Position numbers and translations under genes: made by a program. Shown here in pieces: positions 61,772-64,000 of a stretch of 64,000 bases of DNA (its first letter is position 1; the number at the start of each line of letters is the position of its first letter). The DNA comes from Vicugna vicugna (lineage: Eukaryota), in assembly GCA_013265495.1 (NCBI GenBank), contig MU058636.1, positions 10,081,066-10,145,065 on the forward strand. Direction: 5' to 3'. Below the pieces are notes generated by a model that worked only from the letters and a program-made list of their open reading frames with translations, had not been told where the DNA came from and made no database searches.

Positions 61772-62602
61772 AGGTGTGCTGAGGACACTGCCTGGCATGC
61801 TAGGAAGTCTCAGTAAGTGGTGCAAATCGTTCAGATCAATCTGTAAAATGCAGGAAATAACAGCACTGGCCTCACAAGGGAATTTGAGGATGAGGAGAGG
61901 TAACCGGCTCAGGGCCTGGCTGAGTCACTCCACAAAGGGCAGCCATGGGTGACGCTAAGGGAGCAGACACCCTGGGGCCAGGAAGGAGGGACAATCAGCA
62001 GTTCAAGAAGGCAAGGGAACATGTGATGACCTGAAACTATCAAGGGTCTCCGGGCCCCCAGCGGAAAGGATGTTTCTGTCTCGGGGGTCAGGGACCAGAG
62101 CAGGACCCCGGAGAGCCCAGGGCTGCCTGGGAGCAGGAAGTGCCAATTACTCTCCCGCCAGAGGGGACCACCTGCAGCCCCCACGCCCAGCAGCACAGAG
62201 AGCCGGCTGTGTGTCCAGCCTTCCCTGGGCCTTGGGGCCAGGCTGTGGGCTCTGATGGGAAGCCTGGGGCTGCCAGCGTCAGGAAGGCATGAGCACGGGG
62301 CGCTCCTTGCTCTGAGCACTGTGGATTACACCAGTCCCCGTCCTTTCCCACACCAGAGAGGGACTCCAGGCCACCCAGACGGCCAGCCATTTTCCCCTGG
62401 GCCGGCAAGGCCACTAGCCCAGCCAAAAGGCAGGGCCAGGGAGGAGGGGTTGGGGCCATAGGCCTTCAATGAAAATATATTAGAATAAGTTTGTGTGGAG
62501 GGTTCCTCCAACTCCCTTAACCCCTGTCTCTACCAGCCCCACCCCAAGGCCCTCCACCGAGCTCCTCGCCCCTCCTAGGCCGTCCCCTCCTGCCCTCTCA
62601 TC

Positions 62603-62910
62603 ACTCCCTCAACAAACGTCTCCTGGAAGCCCTCTCTGTGTGGCAGACTCAGTGCGCTGTCGGGGCAGAGCAGTGAACACGGGCTGCCTCTGCCCTGGTG
62701 CTCGGGCCCCGGAGCTCAGACTCCAGTGCTCCGGCTCCAGGGCAAGGAAAAGACAAGAGCCAGGTGGAAGAAGTGCCGCTGGCGGGTGGCAAGGGCTACG
62801 GAAGCAGCGTTAGAGGGTGGCACAGAGGGCTGCTCTGAGCAGTGGAGTAAAGACCTAAAGGAGCTGAGGGAAGATGCTCAGTCAGAGGCAACAGCAAGCC
62901 TAGGGATGAG
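62603..62910 (-). mobile_element. L2 3' region
   Basis: actccctcaacaaacg...gagcagtgaacac...ctctgagcagtgg...aagacctaaaggagctgaggga. Confidence 0.7.
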
Positions 62911-63059
62911 GCTGACGGTTTAGGAAAAGGACCAGGACCAGGCGGCTGCGGGGAGGGAGCAGAGGCGCGCAGCAGCAGTTTACCCGAGGCCTCCTCCTCC
63001 CTTCTCTCAGGTTACCGGTCAGGAGAGCAGGCCGCCAACTCTCTCTGGGATTCTGTTCC

Positions 63060-63474
63060 AGCCACACTGCCTTGAGCAAGTCTATCAGCACCATTTTTCC
63101 GACAGCGTTTGCTCACTTCATGTCTCTGGGCATATTTTAATTCTCGCAATATTTCAAATGTATCCATGATGACTATGTTTCTAGTTGTGACCTGTGATCA
63201 GTGATCTCTGATGTGACCACTACAAAAAGATCACAACTCACTGAAGGCTCAGGCAATGGCTAGCATTTTTTAGCAATAAAGCATTTTTAAAATTAAGGTA
63301 TGTACATTGTTTGAGGCATAATGCTATTGGGCAATTAATAGACTACAGCCTAGTGTGAACTTTTTTATGCACTAGGAAACCAAAAAATTTGCATGACTCA
63401 CTTTATCTTTACTGTGATATTAGCTTTACTGTGGTGATCTGGAACCAAACCTGAAGTATCTCCAGGTCTGCCTG
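63060..63474 (+). mobile_element. Tigger1 deletion derivative (5' TIR missing)
   Basis: ttgagcaagtctatcagcaccattttt...ctcactgaaggctcagg...atgcactaggaaaccaaaaaattt, ending ccaggtctgcctg. Confidence 0.9.
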
Positions 63475-63499
63475 CAGAGAGGACAAAACATAAAAGTCC

Positions 63500-63962
63500 C
63501 TTCAACACTCACCCCCACCCCCCTCCAGCTGTCAACAGCGTGGGGCCTCCTCCCAGTTCTCTTTTAGACAGATGCATATATGTACAATTTCTTTTCTCTA
63601 CAAGTATTGTCATACCAAAATTGCATTCAAATTGTTCTGCAATTTGCTTATTCCTCTCCAAATATATTACGGAGATTTTTCTATGATAACACAATATCAT
63701 CATGTTTTTAATTCTTCAGAAGAGATAGACCCTAATTTGGTTTAACAAACCTCCTACGGATAGTTGTTCGTGTGGTTGCCCATCTTCCTGCTCTGAAGGC
63801 CACACCACAATCAACAGCTTTGTGCAGACATCTTCACCCAGGCAGATGAGCAGTTCTTAGACGAGATCTCAGGAAGTGGATTTGCTGGGTCCAATGGTGT
63901 GTGAATTTTTTGTTTTGCTAAATACTGCCGAATTGCCTCCTAATGTACACTCCTACCAGCTT
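63500..63962 (-). mobile_element. Old L1ME-type 3' fragment
   Basis: ttgttctgcaatttgctt...aggaagtggatttgctgggtcc...atactgccgaattgcc...tacactcctaccagc. Confidence 0.75.
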
Positions 63963-64000
63963 TGGGGGGAAGTTTGTTTTTGTTTTACTTATTTGTTTTT

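Noticed and set aside
61452..61952. 166-aa plus-strand ORF
   Set aside because: Lies within MLT1 LTR and MIR sequence, so it is a chance open frame.
1204..63401. Recurrent AP-1 sites (TGASTCA), about 10 seen
   Set aside because: About 8 are expected by chance in 64 kb, so there is no clear enrichment.

Overview
This window is mammalian non-coding DNA, either intronic or intergenic. I could not recognise any protein-coding exon, RNA gene or CRISPR-like array. The supplied ORFs are short, mostly overlap decayed repeats and match no protein I recognise. Much of the window is interspersed repeat: about 25-30 MIR fragments, many L2 pieces, an L3/CR1 remnant, L1 fragments of several ages, MaLR/ERVL solo LTRs (MLT1, MLT2), and DNA-transposon MITEs (MER2, Tigger1/Tigger2-type, MER5, MER53, MER94). 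Family names come from my recall of consensus sequences, not from a search. I saw no Alu, B1/B2, Bov-tA/BovB, PRE1 or SINEC elements. Together with the 3' UTR of the youngest L1 copies, this suggests a laurasiatherian host, most likely a camelid (inference). The most notable structures are: a composite nested L1 insertion with a likely 3' transduction and a twin-priming inversion (13.3-14.1 kb); an old L1 with a 5' inversion (30.8-31.9 kb); a probable Tigger/pogo transposase relic splitting an L2 (8.6-9.3 kb); a CpG-rich patch built on ancient L2/MIR sequence (60.1-60.5 kb); several minus-strand splice signals that might belong to an unannotated transcript; and a few motif clusters that look like enhancers. 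I found no convincing evidence of a novel biological system.
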